From contig CALSSJ010000002.1 in assembly GCA_943788985.1 (NCBI GenBank), forward strand, positions 32,001 to 96,000: 64,000 nt of DNA, given 5' to 3'. The DNA comes from an uncultured Lentisphaerales bacterium. GTDB taxonomy: Bacteria; Verrucomicrobiota; Lentisphaeria; JABSQK01; UBA12247. The position numbers were made by a program, and so were the translations under genes. The notes below the pieces were generated by a model. That model was not told the origin of the DNA. It did no database searches and saw only the letters and a program-made list of their open reading frames with translations. Below are positions 1 to 9,328 of this stretch, piece by piece; within the stretch, counting starts at the first letter, position 1; each line of letters starts with the position of its first letter.

Positions 1-527
1 AACGCCCAGAGCATCGTGTGGTAGGACTCGCCTTCAGCCACTTCGATTACCCCGCCGCGTTTCTCAAGATGAGCGATCTCGGCCATAAAGGCGACGCGCT
101 GCAACACCAGGAGAAAAAGGAAAGGAACCGGGGACATTTTAGTCATCTCAATCAGAAACCGGTGATAGCGACACGTCACCATCTCGGTCCGAGCTGGGTC
201 GGGCGCTTCCAGATTGCGGCCGAACTCATACAGCTGAAAAACAGAAACCGGGCGAATAGTGATTACGTTGGTCTCCGGGTCAAAAGCAGAGCGCTGATCG
301 GAGACGCCCTCCCGGCAGTCCGTGTCGAAATCCATTTTTACCGGATCCGTGAAAAAGGGATGTATAAACAGACTTACGAGAACGGCGCCAATCGTGTCCT
401 TGTTTACACGATCTGACAAATCATCTAGCTTAGGCTGAATCGCATCGCGGTCTGCACCCTCAGCAAGATAATTGAGCGACAACTTCTGATATTGTTTCCA
501 ACAAGTGGCAAGCGTACGTTGCGCCAT
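1..527 (-). CDS. Hypothetical protein, partial (runs off the window start)
   Basis: Manual translation: AGGAGA RBS, then ATG at 527 and an open frame to position 1 (MAQRTLATCWKQYQKLSLNY...HTMLWA). Absent from the ORF track because its stop lies outside the window. Confidence 0.7.
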   Translation of the reverse strand, partial: MAQRTLATCWKQYQKLSLNYLAEGADRDAIQPKLDDLSDRVNKDTIGAVLVSLFIHPFFTDPVKMDFDTDCREGVSDQRSAFDPETNVITIRPVSVFQLYEFGRNLEAPDPARTEMVTCRYHRFLIEMTKMSPVPFLFLLVLQRVAFMAEIAHLEKRGGVIEVAEGESYHTMLWA

Positions 528-764
528 TCGACTCTCCTATGGTCTAAATAGAGCTCGTACCGTACCACACCAGCCCCCTATGGTCAACGGCGGAAGCACC
601 AAGACGTCCCATTAGTGGCGTGACCACATGATGCGCCCACGAAGATGAACGAATTTGATGCAAGGGATTGGGGATGCTCCGCTACACTAAGCCAGGGAAA
701 TACAAGCATTGTGGGCGCAATGAGGCACGATCAAATTTGCCAAAATTCGCCTCCGCACCAGTAG

Positions 765-1652
765 TTACGAGACTTTGGCCAAAAACGCCAGCAGGTCTGC
801 ACAGAGCGCGTCCTTCCACAATGCACTGCAGTAGTTATGGGGCGCACCGGAGACCACCGAAATCTCAACCGGCAGGTCGTGTTCACCTGCAAAATCCGCA
901 TAGTAGCTTCGTGAGGCCTCGTAATCTGGATCCGCATCTCCATAGGTGAGTTGAGTTGGCACTGGAAAGTTCACCAGATTCTCTCTGGGCGAAGTAACCT
1001 CACCGTCCCCTCGAGTGCCCCGAGCACGCAGATCATCATCAGCTGACTTCCCGACATGCCCAAACAGAGTCCTGTGGATCCCTGACCACATAATCTGACC
1101 CCGGAAAAACTTACCCCAAGTCTCCCACAGCGAGAGCTTTCGCCAGTAGACCCTCAAGAAACTGGCCGTGCGCCGGGTGTCTCTCTCAAATGAATCTCCG
1201 TCCGAGAAGGGGTAGACCGACAGCAAAAAAAGCCCAGCCAGACGCGGCAACCGATCCATCGTCCCAATGGCAATGTTGCCGCCTGAGCAGATTCCTACGA
1301 CAATGATCCTTTCCACGCCATCACGCGCCGCAAGGAATTCTGCGGCAGACAGGGCCTCTTGAGCCATCCCAGGTAGAGTTGCCCCGTCAGCCTCGCCATC
1401 TCCTTCGCCCTCGCCACGACTACTGAAGTCAAAACAAAGTGTTGTGAAGCCATGGGCGCTGGCCGCGCGGCCAAGGGCGGAGAGCAACCCGTGCGGGCCA
1501 CTGCGGAGCCCGCCCAAGCCATGGAAGAACAATACTGCTTCAGAGCGTGAGCCGGTGCGCAGGATTCCGGAAAGGCCTCCGCTGGGCGTCGGCCAAGATA
1601 CTGCTGTCTCGCCGTGCCTAGAACTTGCGGCAAGCACGCAATTGGCAGACAA
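765..1652 (-). CDS. Alpha/beta-hydrolase fold protein with GxCxG elbow (resembles exosortase-system hydrolases / S33-like)
   Basis: FFHGLGG, FDFSSRGEGEG, nucleophile elbow GICSGG, candidate acid YGDAD, candidate His GAPHNY. Confidence 0.75.
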   Translation of the reverse strand: MSANCVLAASSRHGETAVSWPTPSGGLSGILRTGSRSEAVLFFHGLGGLRSGPHGLLSALGRAASAHGFTTLCFDFSSRGEGEGDGEADGATLPGMAQEALSAAEFLAARDGVERIIVVGICSGGNIAIGTMDRLPRLAGLFLLSVYPFSDGDSFERDTRRTASFLRVYWRKLSLWETWGKFFRGQIMWSGIHRTLFGHVGKSADDDLRARGTRGDGEVTSPRENLVNFPVPTQLTYGDADPDYEASRSYYADFAGEHDLPVEISVVSGAPHNYCSALWKDALCADLLAFLAKVS

Positions 1653-1697
1653 AGCTGGGCGGTGTTGCTGACTGATAAAGCTCGATTCAGCGATTGC

Positions 1698-4505
1698 TCA
1701 GCGGCGAAAGTCAGGAAGGCCGCGAATATCAGCGGTACGGATCGGCAAGCCAGCTGGGTTAACCAGGCGCGCACTGACAAAGATCAGCAGGTTGCGCTTG
1801 AGGCTTTCCTGACGCTTGACTTGAAAGAGCCGCTTGATTCCTGGAATATCACCGAAGAACGGAACCTTGTCATGTAATTCGGTAAGATGCTCGCGAATCA
1901 TACCGCCCAGTACCACGGTCTCGCCGTCCCAGACAATCACACTTGTCTGCACTGAGCGCTGCGAAATGATCGGAAGTCGAATTGGAACCATAGCCGTAAT
2001 CGAGCCAGCGTCACCGCCAGATCCAAGTTGGATGCTGTAGCTATAGTCATCATCGCCAACCTTCTCGCGAACGCTTGGTTCAAGGTCAAGCTGAATAGAG
2101 TAACCATCAGCGGCAACTGTAGGGGTTACAGTAAGCACCACACCAATCTGCTCTGTCTCAAAATTCTCGGGCGTTGAAGGAATGAAGCTGGCGCCAGTAT
2201 TGCCGTTTGTCCCACTTGATGCGCCCTGTAGCTGCGGTTCCGTCCACGATGTAGGAAAGCTGCGAAGATCCACCATAGCAATCGTCGCAGTCGAACCTGT
2301 GATGGTCGTCACTTTGGGGGCCGACAGAATATCTGCGCTTTGCTTCTGCTTCAGAGCGCGGATCACGGTGTTGAACTGCATGCCGCCCAAAATGCTGTTG
2401 ACCTGCAGCAGACGATCGTTGTCAGCCGCGAAGCGAAGTCCACCTGTCAGGCTCTGTGAAGTACCGAGTGTCTTATCGACGCGGAACTGAAAGTTGTTGT
2501 TGAGCTCGAACTCTTTGTAGCCGTTCTGGACGCTGTCAAGGTCACCACCTGTTCCGACGAACATCCAGTCAAACCCTAGCTCTTCGAGATCGGTCTGGGA
2601 AATCTCAACAAACTTTGCTTCTATCGTAACCTGAGTGGGCTGAATGTCTAGCTCTTTAAGAATGCGCTCGACCAAGCGGAGATTGTCTGGCGTGTTTTTT
2701 ACGACAAGCTTACTGGTTTTTGGGTTGTACGTGGCAATGGCATTCTCGGGGAAGTCCACGCCATGGGCCTCGAAGAATGAGCGCGGATCCTCTGCACCTC
2801 CCTCGTCCTCAGCCGCTTCCGCGCCGTCACCAAAGCCAAACTCCTCACCAACGTCAATGGCTCCCCGAGTTTCGGTGGTCTGGAACACGCCAGCCTGTAC
2901 TGGGTAGAACCTGACTTCCATCTCGTCAAAGGCCACACCCTTGGAGGCGATGATCACGGCATGCGGGTCCACCTTGTACTTAAGATTGGTAGAGCTGCAG
3001 ACGTAACGGATGGCCTCTGTGAGTGGAATGTTGTCCAGCTCAAGAGACACGAGCAGCTGACCTGGGTCAGCGCCACCGTCACCGGGGTCGTCGGTTGGCT
3101 CTGCATCGTCAAAACCACCATCATCGCCAAAGTCATCGCCGAAGTCGTCACCAAAGTCATCGCCAAACTCGTCATCGCCGCCTTCGGCTCCGTCTTCCGC
3201 AGTTCCTGGCGCTGGCGCTGCCTGCAACTGAAGTACGATATTGATGCCTTCGCCATCCGGATCGAGCTCGCGGCTGCGACTCTTGAGATACTCAATCACG
3301 CCACTAATTGGGGCTTCGTCAAACGTGATACGGGGAAGGATGATGTTGTCGAGCTTGTTGCGAATGCCTTCCGTTTCCGTAGAAATTTTACGCACGGCTT
3401 CCGTGGAATCCACAGTGGTGTCGGGGGAAACCAGCGGCGTAACCGGATCATTCCACTTCCAGCGAATCTCTGCAATTCGTTCAGCCTTCATGACCTGACG
3501 ACGCTCATCGGCAAGATTCGCCCAGGTCTCATAGATACGGCGTAGAAAACGGGTGGCATCAAGGTTATAGGGGTCTTCCAAAAGTACCTGTTCGAACTTC
3601 TCACGGGAATCCGAGTACCGGCGGTGATTGAACAATACGGAACCCTGTTCGAGCAGAACGTCGATGTTGTAATCGCGTTTCGGCTTCTCGGGATCAACCT
3701 GAGGCGCGGAGGTCTTGAAACGGAAGTCAGCAATCGCCTTCTCGCCGTTTACTTTCTTGATCTTTTGCAGAATAGCGGCGTTGCGTTCGGGATGCTTGGT
3801 AATGGCTTTCTGAAAGAGCTCAACAGCATTGTCGAAGTCGCCCTCTCTGGCCGTATGCTTTGCTTTGACGACAAGTGCCTCCGCCCATGCTTCATAGAGC
3901 TCTGCAAGCTGCTGTCGCGTCTCGGTTAGCTGGGTAATGACTTCGTCGTTGGTCTGAGAAATCTCATTGTATGCAAGCTCTGCTTGAATCAGCTTGTTGG
4001 CGGCGAGCTCGAAATCACCGAGCAGAAACGCTTCGCGCCCCTGAATTTGATCCCGTCGGGCCGCAAGCTGCTGCCTGCGCCGGCGAACAATTTCGTCAGC
4101 ATCAATATCGGCAGCAGTTCGAAACTCTTCTTTGCCCTCTGCCGGGGCAATGTCGTCTGCAGCCTCCTCGCCGACCTCCTCCTCCAACGGATCAAGATCA
4201 ATATCAAGGTCGATCTCAACTTCTTCGAGATTGGTTTCGAGTGCCTGGCCAATATCGGCGGCACCACTACCTCCGAGATCAATCTCTTCCACAGCGGTGT
4301 CCAGATCCACATCTGAATCGATCAACGTGTCGTCAAGGATTTCGAGATCGTCCACTGAAAAATCGTTGGCGAGCTCAATATCGGCTTCTGCATCAAGCAG
4401 CACTTCATCATCAATGTTCACTTCTTCCTGCGCCCAAGCAGTTGCTGAAAACAGCAAAAGGGCGAGGATGGGGCCGAACAGCCCGTATCGCATCTTAGTA
4501 TTCAC
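1698..4505 (-). CDS. Type II/IV secretin, GspD/PilQ family (Amuc_1098-like)
   Basis: Signal peptide, TPR-like helices, N3 domain, QVTIEAKFVEI...LEELGFDW, ILSAPKVTT, GVVLTVTP, DGETVVLGG, KVPFFGDIP, LLIFVSARLV. Confidence 0.92.
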   Translation of the reverse strand: MNTKMRYGLFGPILALLLFSATAWAQEEVNIDDEVLLDAEADIELANDFSVDDLEILDDTLIDSDVDLDTAVEEIDLGGSGAADIGQALETNLEEVEIDLDIDLDPLEEEVGEEAADDIAPAEGKEEFRTAADIDADEIVRRRRQQLAARRDQIQGREAFLLGDFELAANKLIQAELAYNEISQTNDEVITQLTETRQQLAELYEAWAEALVVKAKHTAREGDFDNAVELFQKAITKHPERNAAILQKIKKVNGEKAIADFRFKTSAPQVDPEKPKRDYNIDVLLEQGSVLFNHRRYSDSREKFEQVLLEDPYNLDATRFLRRIYETWANLADERRQVMKAERIAEIRWKWNDPVTPLVSPDTTVDSTEAVRKISTETEGIRNKLDNIILPRITFDEAPISGVIEYLKSRSRELDPDGEGINIVLQLQAAPAPGTAEDGAEGGDDEFGDDFGDDFGDDFGDDGGFDDAEPTDDPGDGGADPGQLLVSLELDNIPLTEAIRYVCSSTNLKYKVDPHAVIIASKGVAFDEMEVRFYPVQAGVFQTTETRGAIDVGEEFGFGDGAEAAEDEGGAEDPRSFFEAHGVDFPENAIATYNPKTSKLVVKNTPDNLRLVERILKELDIQPTQVTIEAKFVEISQTDLEELGFDWMFVGTGGDLDSVQNGYKEFELNNNFQFRVDKTLGTSQSLTGGLRFAADNDRLLQVNSILGGMQFNTVIRALKQKQSADILSAPKVTTITGSTATIAMVDLRSFPTSWTEPQLQGASSGTNGNTGASFIPSTPENFETEQIGVVLTVTPTVAADGYSIQLDLEPSVREKVGDDDYSYSIQLGSGGDAGSITAMVPIRLPIISQRSVQTSVIVWDGETVVLGGMIREHLTELHDKVPFFGDIPGIKRLFQVKRQESLKRNLLIFVSARLVNPAGLPIRTADIRGLPDFRR
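3121..3168. repeat. Four imperfect 12-bp tandem units encoding FGDD repeats inside the secretin
   Basis: tcatcgccaaag / tcatcgccgaag / tcgtcaccaaag / tcatcgccaaac. Confidence 0.85.
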
Positions 4506-4529
4506 AACGTTCTCCGGTCTTTGTTTTTC

Positions 4530-5783
4530 TTAATACGGCAGTGGTGGGCCGTCGCCCCGGTACTCAAGTTGGGGGGACGGTGCGCCAACGTTCTGCAAAA
4601 TCTCCATCAGCTTCAGGTGCTCTTCTTTGGAGGAGAGTGGCTTGATGGCGAAGGTTCCAAATTCATGAAGGGCGAAGTAGTCTACTTTGTCGCCATCCTG
4701 TCGTGCCGTCAAGCGATAACTCTCTTCATTGCCTGCGAGGTCCTTCAGTTTGAAGGTCTCCTCTTCGCGAACAATGATGCTCTTGGGGCCCTCACCGTAG
4801 TAAAAGGATAGCTTGACGACTTTGGCCAATCCGTATGCACTCTTCTTCAGGTTACAGGTAATTATCTCTGACGAACCACTTTTTTGCACCGTGGCAATGG
4901 AGGTTTCACGCTGAATGCCTGGGTTCTTTGCGTCCGGGGCCTCACGAAACTCGGCGCCGACCAGTTTGTACTTCGTGCCAGGAATCATGTCTCCGAGCTT
5001 TACGACAGGTGATCTTTTTCCGACAGAGAAATGAATCTCCCACTTGTCGCGGTCATCCTCCCCAAAGCCGTTGGTTGCGACCCGTTTGAGCGTAAAAGGA
5101 AGACGGTCGCGCTTCGCTCCGCGGAATCGCAGGCGCTCGTGTTCTGCGGTGGCCAGTGGTGGGTGCATCCCAGGATCTTGAATGTACTGGACGCGCTCTT
5201 CTAGTGAGGCCTTGTCATTTCTGTAGCAGAACGACTGCTCCTCACGGTTTGAAAACATATCCCCATCGAAATCACCTATATCATCGGCCGGGTCGTGAAT
5301 ATTCAAACCAAGCAGTTTTTCGAGGTCATCTGCCAAGCCGCCCGCGTCGGTGTCATCCTCCTCGGGGGGCTCCGTGCCTATGTCGCCCTCTATCGTCTGG
5401 TCGAACGCGGTCCAAGGATTGATCTTGGTGTCACGGTGCAGTACATGGGACTCATCGCTGTCCGCATTTACTGGAAAAACATAGTAGGCCGGCTGGGCGA
5501 ATCCGCCGTCTAGGTCGTTCTTGTGATTCGTAAAGTCCTCCATCCACATTCGCGCTGGTGCGAACTTGACCTTGATGTCGAAGTCGCTCTCAGTCAAGAT
5601 CTCGACTGCGGTCTTGGTGAGCTTCATGTCTTTGCTCTTGGCTTCAATCGCCGCCTTGTGCCCCTTTTGCGTAGTCATCGCTACGAAGAGGGTACCAATC
5701 AGCAGCAGCAGGGTGAAGCCTAGCAGAATTTTATCATAGTACAACCGGAAGAACTCGGCTACCTGGTTAAGCTTGTCCTTCAT
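4530..5783 (-). CDS. Amuc_1099-like pilus-system protein with TSP3-like Ca-binding motifs
   Basis: N-terminal YDKILL + TM helix; DTDAGGLADDLE...DFDGDMFSNREE; position next to the secretin. Confidence 0.65.
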   Translation of the reverse strand: MKDKLNQVAEFFRLYYDKILLGFTLLLLIGTLFVAMTTQKGHKAAIEAKSKDMKLTKTAVEILTESDFDIKVKFAPARMWMEDFTNHKNDLDGGFAQPAYYVFPVNADSDESHVLHRDTKINPWTAFDQTIEGDIGTEPPEEDDTDAGGLADDLEKLLGLNIHDPADDIGDFDGDMFSNREEQSFCYRNDKASLEERVQYIQDPGMHPPLATAEHERLRFRGAKRDRLPFTLKRVATNGFGEDDRDKWEIHFSVGKRSPVVKLGDMIPGTKYKLVGAEFREAPDAKNPGIQRETSIATVQKSGSSEIITCNLKKSAYGLAKVVKLSFYYGEGPKSIIVREEETFKLKDLAGNEESYRLTARQDGDKVDYFALHEFGTFAIKPLSSKEEHLKLMEILQNVGAPSPQLEYRGDGPPLPY

Positions 5784-5785
5784 GC

Positions 5786-6610
5786 CTATTCGTCCAAGCT
5801 TTCGAATTCAATGTAATCAATCTCGAGAGTCGCGGTTACGCGGTTCTCGTCACGATACACCTTGCGCTGCCCCAAGGAAGCCACAACGTCGGGATCTCGA
5901 GTATGCGCGGAGCGGGGGAGTGTGTGGAAGGAAAAGGTGATATCCCGTACCACAAAGAAGTACTCGGCCTCATTGAGGGCGTTTACCAAATTCCGCACAC
6001 CACGCAGGGGGCCTGTCACAGCAACGTCCACTGTGTAATACTTGTACTGGCGGCGTTCCATCAGCTGAATTTCAGTGGGTAGTTTGACCATATTGATCGC
6101 ATTCAGAGTCCCATCAATCTCGATCAACGTCATAATCGCGTTGACAATTTCGAGCTGCTTCATCAAGGGGCCGATGGCCTCACTTCTTGGCAGTGCTGCT
6201 TGATAGGCCTCGAATCCAAAGGCGGGAGCCAAGGATGAATCAATACCCTTGTCTGCTAGGATATTCGTCAGCAAGCTGATTCGAGAAAACATCTCATTGG
6301 ACGCCTCAATTGCGGTCATCCGCGCTACCGCCTTGGGCTGCTGGTATTTCCCGTGGATCTCTTCCAAAACCTTGATACGCGTTTCTTTTACGAAGGCGAG
6401 GTTGACGCCAAGTTGCTTGATGTTCGCATCAGTCGGCGCGTAGGGACTGGTGGTGACTTCTCGACGCATCTCGTCAAGATCTTGGAATTCCTGCTGAGCG
6501 GCTCTGCTGGCTGATTTCCTACTCGAATGCACAACCAGAAGCGCGATGGTTGCAATGAGCGTGATCACGCCGCCAATGATAAAGCCCTTGTGCTTCTTGA
6601 GACCGTGCAT
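5786..6610 (-). CDS. Amuc_1100-like / PilO-like pilus protein
   Basis: N-terminal TM, coiled coil, FGFEAY, C-terminal ferredoxin-like pattern (GPLRGVRNLVNAL...YFFVVR); synteny. Confidence 0.65.
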   Translation of the reverse strand: MHGLKKHKGFIIGGVITLIATIALLVVHSSRKSASRAAQQEFQDLDEMRREVTTSPYAPTDANIKQLGVNLAFVKETRIKVLEEIHGKYQQPKAVARMTAIEASNEMFSRISLLTNILADKGIDSSLAPAFGFEAYQAALPRSEAIGPLMKQLEIVNAIMTLIEIDGTLNAINMVKLPTEIQLMERRQYKYYTVDVAVTGPLRGVRNLVNALNEAEYFFVVRDITFSFHTLPRSAHTRDPDVVASLGQRKVYRDENRVTATLEIDYIEFESLDE

Positions 6611-6612
6611 GG

Positions 6613-8541
6613 CTATTCTTCCCTGCCGATGGGTTCAGCAAGGTTGATCTGAATCTCAAAAATCTCGATGTTATCGTACGGGACATCCTTGTTAAACGAT
6701 ATAATTTCGGTCTCGGACTTCGTATTGTAGATTTCTGGCTGAAGGATGAGAATCTTGCGGAACTGCTGGGCGAGAATCGTCCCGCCCTTCTCGCTAATAC
6801 TCACCCGCAGTGACTGGCGAATTTCCTCTATGCGTTTCTTCCGCGCTGCAGGCGATAGCCCTTCGAGATCGGCCTTTTTGATGAGTTCCTCTTCCTGCAC
6901 CGGCGTGAACATAGGACGCGAAAAGGTGTCGGTCTCAGCGTCTTTTTCTGGAAGGAAGACACCCTGACCGCGCACCTTCAGCCAATTGAGATCGCCCTCT
7001 TTCGAGTCGTCTGCACTTTTGACTGTGTGGACCTGCGCGGAAAATATGATGTCAAGGTCACTGCCTTCTGGGCCCTGGTCCCCCTCGGCGGCGACCACCT
7101 GTGGCCCCTTCATGCGCTCGATTCCAGTGATCCATACGTCCATCGGCTTCGATCTTTGGATGGCATTCAGCAAGTCCAGCCAGCGATAACGCAAGCCGAG
7201 CGTACGGTCAAGATCGTTGATTTGGTCCTGTACTGCAGTGACTTGCTCCTGCTTCCGCTTGATCACTTTGACCTTAGCCGCAAGTTTTTCGATGAACTGC
7301 TGGTCTGTGGCTGTGGCTTCCTTGTACATGCCGTAGACTCGTTGCTCGATCAGAACAAGAAAGGTGAGTGCCGCGATCCAGACTGCAGCGGATGCGATCA
7401 GAAAGGGAACACGGTTGCGCATCAAGTGTTTTTTCTTGATTGACTCGGGCACCAGGTTGACATCAACCGGCACCTCCATCAAGTCATTCAGGCCGCGCAG
7501 TCCGACACCCACGACTTCAGCAAACAGGTGAGCATGCTCTTGCAGCGGCGCAACCATGTTGTCTTCGATGGTCACGATCTTAAACGGATTCAGATAGCTG
7601 ACTTCCATGCGCAGCTTCTCGGAGAAGAAGTGCTCAGTGTACATCATGGTCGAGCTACCACCGGCCAGATAGAGATGAGAGGGCTTGCGCCCCTTCTGCT
7701 GGGCCCGATACACGCTGATCGAGCGGTTGATCTCACCATGAAGGCGGGTCATGACGTTACGGACGATCTTGGAGATCGTCGCCGCTACTTCAGATTCAGG
7801 CTCTTCGTAGGCACCGCCCAAGGCAACAAAGCCGTGCGCCCGCTTGAGTGCTTCGGCCTCTTCGTTGCTGATGCCGAACTCTTTGGCAATCTGCTGCGTA
7901 ATTGAAAAACCGGCAATCGGAATCGTGCGCGCAAAGAAACGCCCGCCGTCGACAAAAAGAAGCGTGGTACAACGGCCGCCGATATTGAGTACCATCGAGC
8001 ATTCATTTTCGCCCACATGGTTCGCGCGGGCAACGTTGTAGAGCGCGGCAGGCGCAAAGTCTACAATCTCCGGCTCAAGGCCAGCATCAGTGATTGCACG
8101 GGCAACGGTCTCAACGATTTCGTTCTTGATCACCACGAACATGACTTCGAGGTCGCCGTCGTCTTCGCCGGTGGTAAACAGCTGATGATCCCAGATCACC
8201 TCGTTCATCGGGAACGGTACGTTTTGCTGCGCTTCATACTCGATGATCTGCAGAATGCGCGCCTCTTCCTCGCGCACGGGCGGGAGTTTCACGAATCGCA
8301 TGAACGCGGCCTGGCCAGACACGCTGACATGGCAGCGATCCGTGGTGAACTCCGTCTCCTCCAGTGCCTGACGGACCGCACTGGTAATCAACAGATGTCG
8401 ATTGGCTTCAGTCAGTAACTCAGAGTACTCGGTGACCTTGAAGTTCTGAAGGACCATCGAATCACTTGGGTAGGAAAACTCAGCCAGGCGGACCGCAGTG
8501 GATCCGACATCAATGCAAAGAATATTTGTCGAGCGTGCCAC
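6613..8541 (-). CDS. pilM: PilM-like pilus assembly protein with C-terminal PilN-like extension (Amuc_1101-like)
   Basis: Actin-like fold motifs IDVGS, RFVKLPP, EAQQNVPFP, LNIGGRCT, EINRSI, YLAGGSS; then VNLVP, TM helix and coiled coil. Confidence 0.85.
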   Translation of the reverse strand: MARSTNILCIDVGSTAVRLAEFSYPSDSMVLQNFKVTEYSELLTEANRHLLITSAVRQALEETEFTTDRCHVSVSGQAAFMRFVKLPPVREEEARILQIIEYEAQQNVPFPMNEVIWDHQLFTTGEDDGDLEVMFVVIKNEIVETVARAITDAGLEPEIVDFAPAALYNVARANHVGENECSMVLNIGGRCTTLLFVDGGRFFARTIPIAGFSITQQIAKEFGISNEEAEALKRAHGFVALGGAYEEPESEVAATISKIVRNVMTRLHGEINRSISVYRAQQKGRKPSHLYLAGGSSTMMYTEHFFSEKLRMEVSYLNPFKIVTIEDNMVAPLQEHAHLFAEVVGVGLRGLNDLMEVPVDVNLVPESIKKKHLMRNRVPFLIASAAVWIAALTFLVLIEQRVYGMYKEATATDQQFIEKLAAKVKVIKRKQEQVTAVQDQINDLDRTLGLRYRWLDLLNAIQRSKPMDVWITGIERMKGPQVVAAEGDQGPEGSDLDIIFSAQVHTVKSADDSKEGDLNWLKVRGQGVFLPEKDAETDTFSRPMFTPVQEEELIKKADLEGLSPAARKKRIEEIRQSLRVSISEKGGTILAQQFRKILILQPEIYNTKSETEIISFNKDVPYDNIEIFEIQINLAEPIGREE

Positions 8542-8553
8542 TGATCCTGCGGG

Positions 8554-9240
8554 CTACTTCGATTCTTTGTCTGAGGTGATCAGTTCGTACTGATCATGGC
8601 TGGCATACACCCACGGCGTGTGCATCCGGGAAACCACGCCGTTAGCGCCTTGGCGAACCTCTTCCGAACTGAACCAGCTTCGACGGGTTGGTGTCTTCGG
8701 AAAGTTTTTGGGCTCTTCCACGCTGGGCTCCACATTTTTGCCATCGAACCAGGAGATCATTTTGGTGCGCCCGGCAATGGTGATCCGACAACGTGCCAGC
8801 AGTGTATCGCGCTTCAGGAGAATCTTCTTGTACCGATCATACGTCCTCGGGTGTATGTAGAGCACAGCACGATGCTCGCCGTCTACCTCCACATCGCCGT
8901 AGGTAATGGTGCGCTGAAAACGCACAGATGCCTCCTCGCTGGGCTTACCTGTCCGATCGGTCGCCGGGAAAACGACTGTCCAGTCAAACTGGATCGCGTC
9001 CACATAAAAATCGCCAGTGGGCGCGTTCTTTGTGAATTCCAAAGAATAGATCATTTCCAGGCGCATCCAGCGTTCATTTGCCGTGGGCGAGAGGTACTGC
9101 AAGCGCGGTGCTTCTTGACGGTAATCAACTGGGTCTAGTCGAATCTTATCGACTTCGACCTTCACGTGCTTCGCATACTCTTGCCCGCACACGGTCATGC
9201 ATGTGAGGAGTGTCGCCCAAGTTATTAATGGTTTCAGCAT
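8554..9240 (-). CDS. Exported protein, Amuc_1102-like (first gene of the pilus operon)
   Basis: Signal peptide, beta-rich body, C-terminal TPW...YE motif; 12 bp from pilM. Confidence 0.55.
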   Translation of the reverse strand: MLKPLITWATLLTCMTVCGQEYAKHVKVEVDKIRLDPVDYRQEAPRLQYLSPTANERWMRLEMIYSLEFTKNAPTGDFYVDAIQFDWTVVFPATDRTGKPSEEASVRFQRTITYGDVEVDGEHRAVLYIHPRTYDRYKKILLKRDTLLARCRITIAGRTKMISWFDGKNVEPSVEEPKNFPKTPTRRSWFSSEEVRQGANGVVSRMHTPWVYASHDQYELITSDKESK

Positions 9241-9328
9241 GCCTGTCTCCTGTCAAACAACGCAACACCCGTCACGGTAGAGTTAAGGCCACAACCTTAC
9301 TGTCCAGGGCGTCTGCCGCAACCAAGAA

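Noticed and set aside
3121..3168. Tandem repeat as a CRISPR array or contingency locus
   Set aside because: In-frame 12-bp coding repeat with no spacers and synonymous divergence. No CRISPR array or cas gene is seen in the window.
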